Shown piece by piece: positions 61,849 through 64,000 of a DNA stretch of 64,000 nt. The stretch lies in IMG/VR virus record IMGVR_UViG_3300009432_000684; one strand, written 5' to 3'. Under the pieces are notes generated by a model. The model ran no database searches. It saw only the letters and a program-made list of their open reading frames with translations, and was not told where the DNA came from. This DNA comes from an uncultured virus (IMG/VR IMGVR_UViG_3300009432_000684). Lineage: Duplodnaviria > Heunggongvirae > Uroviricota > Caudoviricetes. The position numbers were made by a program, and so were the translations under genes. Position 1 is the first letter of the stretch. The number at the start of each line of letters is the position of its first letter.

Positions 61849-62245
61849 GGTTGGCGGGCCAGATTATAATACCGCTGTGGAAAAAGCTCTCGTATAGAAG
61901 CACACGTACATATTGATTGACACACCAGAGTGTGGAAGCCACCAAACAAATTGGGCTCACTAGTTGATATAGATTGAATTGTTGGCAGTCGAAAAACACT
62001 ATATAGTTTGTAGAAACCCCTTAGCAACAGGAACGAAGCGGGGGAATATTGTTACATATAATGTACATTGTATATTATAAGCAACATAATGTCGACGTAG
62101 GTTGGGAAAGGTCAGAGCCCATCAAACTTGTGTATAAACAAATACCTACTTCCAATGTCTTGGCGAATGTGCGACTCACATGAGGTTTTAAGATTAGGTG
62201 GGACTAGAAATAGTTCCGTCTGACAAAAACAATCTACATGAAGTT
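61838..62245 (+). ncRNA. Putative large structured non-coding RNA (unassigned family; boundaries approximate)
   Basis: No credible ORF. Helices read by hand, several with G-U pairs valid only on the plus strand: 61963-61970/62089-62096, 62057-62066/62070-62079, and 62194-62206/62211-62223 with a GAAA loop. Crossing helices 61952-61958/62115-62121 and 62097-62102/62144-62149. Confidence 0.6.
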
Positions 62246-62249
62246 AACA

Positions 62250-62379
62250 CATTATCATTTACATGATAATGCTTTAATGTATTCAATAACTACTATTAAT
62301 AACGAAGTGTAAGTAGTTTGAGCGTTAGCGAAAACTTGTATGAGCTTGCTCATACATTAATAGTTTATCTAAGTTTGAA
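62250..62379. repeat. Cluster of nested inverted repeats
   Basis: CATTATCAT/ATGATAATG (62250-62271); ACTATTAAT/ATTAATAGT (62292-62300/62356-62364); GTATGAGC-TT-GCTCATAC (62338-62355); AGTTT/AAACT around GAGCGTTAGCGA. Confidence 0.8.
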
Positions 62380-62389
62380 ATAAATATGT

Positions 62390-62397
62390 TATAAATA
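62390..62397 (+). promoter_or_regulatory. Perfect T4 late promoter TATAAATA
   Basis: Exact consensus upstream of an AGGA SD and ATG 62432. Confidence 0.8.
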
Positions 62398-62431
62398 CAT
62401 ATAAGTAACTATAGTGCTTAAAGGAATAGAT

Positions 62432-62944
62432 ATGAAGATTAATGAATTATCGAGATCACAGCAAGTTGATGAAGTACCTGCTGGTGGCTTATCTCAACTA
62501 GGTAATAAACTTGGTGCAAAGATATTAAGTAAGATACCTGGTGGTGCTGCAAAGTCCAAAGCTGGCAACATGGCTGGCAAAGCTGACTTAGGTGATACAG
62601 CAAATAACTTACACAAAGAGTTTAATACATATCTAGGTACTCAGGGCAAAAAAATGGCCCAAGCAACTGGCGAAGAGCTAAGTGCGTTTTTACAATCTAA
62701 AAAACATAAAACATCTGCTACTATTCCTAGTGGTGTTTTACAAAAGAAACAACTTGATGCTGTACTAATGCAAGCTGCCAAAGAAGCACTAGCTGGTAAA
62801 GGCGGAGTACCGGGCACAGCAGGAGCACCTGTTAAAGGTGGAGCAGGCGGTAAAGGCAAAGCAGTAATACCTGATAACATATTAGCTCAACTAAAGCAAA
62901 TGAATCCTGAGCAAAAACAACAATTGGCAGGAATGTTACAATGA
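62432..62944 (+). CDS. Late G/A/K-rich protein, probable internal head protein
   Basis: Start moved to ATG 62432 (MKINELSRSQQVDE) with an AGGA SD; late promoter upstream. Confidence 0.65.
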   Translation: MKINELSRSQQVDEVPAGGLSQLGNKLGAKILSKIPGGAAKSKAGNMAGKADLGDTANNLHKEFNTYLGTQGKKMAQATGEELSAFLQSKKHKTSATIPSGVLQKKQLDAVLMQAAKEALAGKGGVPGTAGAPVKGGAGGKGKAVIPDNILAQLKQMNPEQKQQLAGMLQ

Positions 62945-64000
62945 AAATTAATGAAGTAGCACTATACGAAAACAAATCACACAGAATTCTTAAAGAAGGT
63001 TGGCAAGACCTAACAGAAAGTCAACAGAAGCACATAGGGCGTTGGGAAACAGAACTTTGGCCTTTACTAGAGCAGTACCAAAAACTTTCTGAAGCAGAAC
63101 TTACTAAAGATCAAATTCTAGCTATCTTTAAAGGTGCTGAAGAAAATGCAATGGCCACAGGTAACAATAAAAATGCATTAGGTAAAGCTGGTGCAGGCGT
63201 TGCAGCAGCTGCTAAACTTCCAGTTGACCTTGCTAAAAAGATTGATGCTAAAATTAAAGAACTTGGCGCAATGGCTAAAAAATCTGGTCCTGTTAAAAAT
63301 ATGGACGCTAAGTTTGCTGAACTTAAGAAAGATATTAGTGCTAAAAATAGCGACAGTAAAGTTGTACAAGGTATACAAACAATAAGCGACTGGGCAAAAG
63401 AAAATCCCGGCAAAGCTACACTAGCTGTTGGTATCTTAACTACTATTGCAGCATTTGCAGGCGGTCCAGCAGGAGGTGCAGCCGCAGGTTTAATACTACG
63501 GGCAACAAAAGATCTATTACAAGGTGAAGACCTTTCAAGTGCTATTGGTAATTCAGTTAAAACAGCAGCTTATGGTGCTATTGCAGGTTGGGCTATTAAC
63601 GGACTTGGTGATTGGCTTGGAGGCATTAGAGCAGATGCAGTTCCGTTTGAAAAAGCCGAAGGCGTGTCTACAGTTAATTTAGACTTTACTAAGACAGTAT
63701 CAAGTTGGGGCATGACTCACGAACAACAATTAGTTAATATGATTGTTCCAGATAGTATGGCTGAAGAAATTACAGGCATGGTTGCTGAAATGAGTAAAGC
63801 AACAGCCGCAGGTGATCATGCTGGCGGCATAGATATTTTTGATAAGCTATGGGCACAGGCTAAAGAATTTAATACAGGCAGTGACGCATATAAGCAGTTT
63901 GTTGAAGATGCAGCTTTTACAAATGAGGTTGCTGCGGCAGTAGCACAAGCTAACGACACTGCACTACAAGCGATTAAAGGTGCAACAGAGGTTATGGCCG
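62941..64000 (+). CDS. Large Ala/Gly-rich late protein, probable internal/ejection protein; partial, runs off the window end
   Basis: Not in the ORF track. ATGA-coupled start MKINEVALYENKSHRILKEGWQDLTESQQ; includes a hydrophobic G/A-rich stretch LAVGILTTIAAFAGGPAGGAAAGLIL. Confidence 0.7.
   Translation, partial: MKINEVALYENKSHRILKEGWQDLTESQQKHIGRWETELWPLLEQYQKLSEAELTKDQILAIFKGAEENAMATGNNKNALGKAGAGVAAAAKLPVDLAKKIDAKIKELGAMAKKSGPVKNMDAKFAELKKDISAKNSDSKVVQGIQTISDWAKENPGKATLAVGILTTIAAFAGGPAGGAAAGLILRATKDLLQGEDLSSAIGNSVKTAAYGAIAGWAINGLGDWLGGIRADAVPFEKAEGVSTVNLDFTKTVSSWGMTHEQQLVNMIVPDSMAEEITGMVAEMSKATAAGDHAGGIDIFDKLWAQAKEFNTGSDAYKQFVEDAAFTNEVAAAVAQANDTALQAIKGATEVMA

Noticed and set aside
61796..62027. 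Two short minus-strand ORFs (67 and 69 aa) over the putative ncRNA
   Set aside because: They overlap each other and the GIY-YIG gene end, oppose local transcription and lack motifs; the G-U pattern favours a plus-strand RNA.
61399..62245. Canonical group I intron with homing endonuclease, group II intron, RNase P RNA or tmRNA
   Set aside because: No interrupted host gene (flanking genes look complete). I could not find the group I R/S consensus, group II domain V, RNase P GAGGAAAGUCC or tRNA-like ends. Only the pseudoknot topology is reminiscent, and a covariance-model search is still needed.
63111..63413. Short ORFs near the window end
   Set aside because: They are antisense or out of frame within the long plus-strand gene starting at 62941.
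1..64000. CRISPR array, tRNA/rRNA, retron or DGR, transposase, integrase
   Set aside because: No regularly spaced repeats, cloverleafs, RT motifs or near-identical TR/VR pairs were noticed by eye. A subtle element could have been missed.
1..64000. Alternative genetic code (stop-codon reassignment)
   Set aside because: The standard code gives dense, full-length genes, including a 5158-aa ORF, and TAA, TAG and TGA all end genes at sensible coupled junctions.

Overview
AT-rich, densely coding segment of a large T4-related (jumbo-like) myovirus genome; no host genes, tRNA, rRNA, CRISPR, integrase or reverse transcriptase were recognised. Layout: (1) 1-20.75 kb, minus strand: a roughly 22-gene enzyme island (GT-A- and GT-B-like glycosyltransferases, UDP-sugar dehydrogenase, DegT-type aminotransferase, hexapeptide acyltransferase, two SGNH proteins, four radical SAM enzymes, methyltransferase, two 2OG-Fe(II) oxygenases, GNAT, kinase-like protein, fatty acid desaturase) under a near-consensus sigma70-type promoter. 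(2) 20.85-57.4 kb, minus strand: tail fibre and baseplate module, including a 5158-aa protein and gp6-, gp25-, gp5-, gp53- and gp48/54-like genes, with TAAATA late-promoter boxes. (3) From 57.4 kb, plus strand: gp55-like late sigma factor, gp47/gp46 (Mre11/Rad50-like), a small basic protein and a GIY-YIG nuclease, then an approximately 580-nt region without credible coding potential, then late 'MKINE' proteins. The strongest candidate for an undescribed system is that non-coding region. It folds by eye into an approximately 400-nt pseudoknotted RNA beginning at the GIY-YIG stop codon, followed by a cluster of DNA-type hairpins. It could be a nuclease-associated ncRNA and/or an RNA-primed replication origin. 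All functional calls come from motif recognition by eye, not from database searches.
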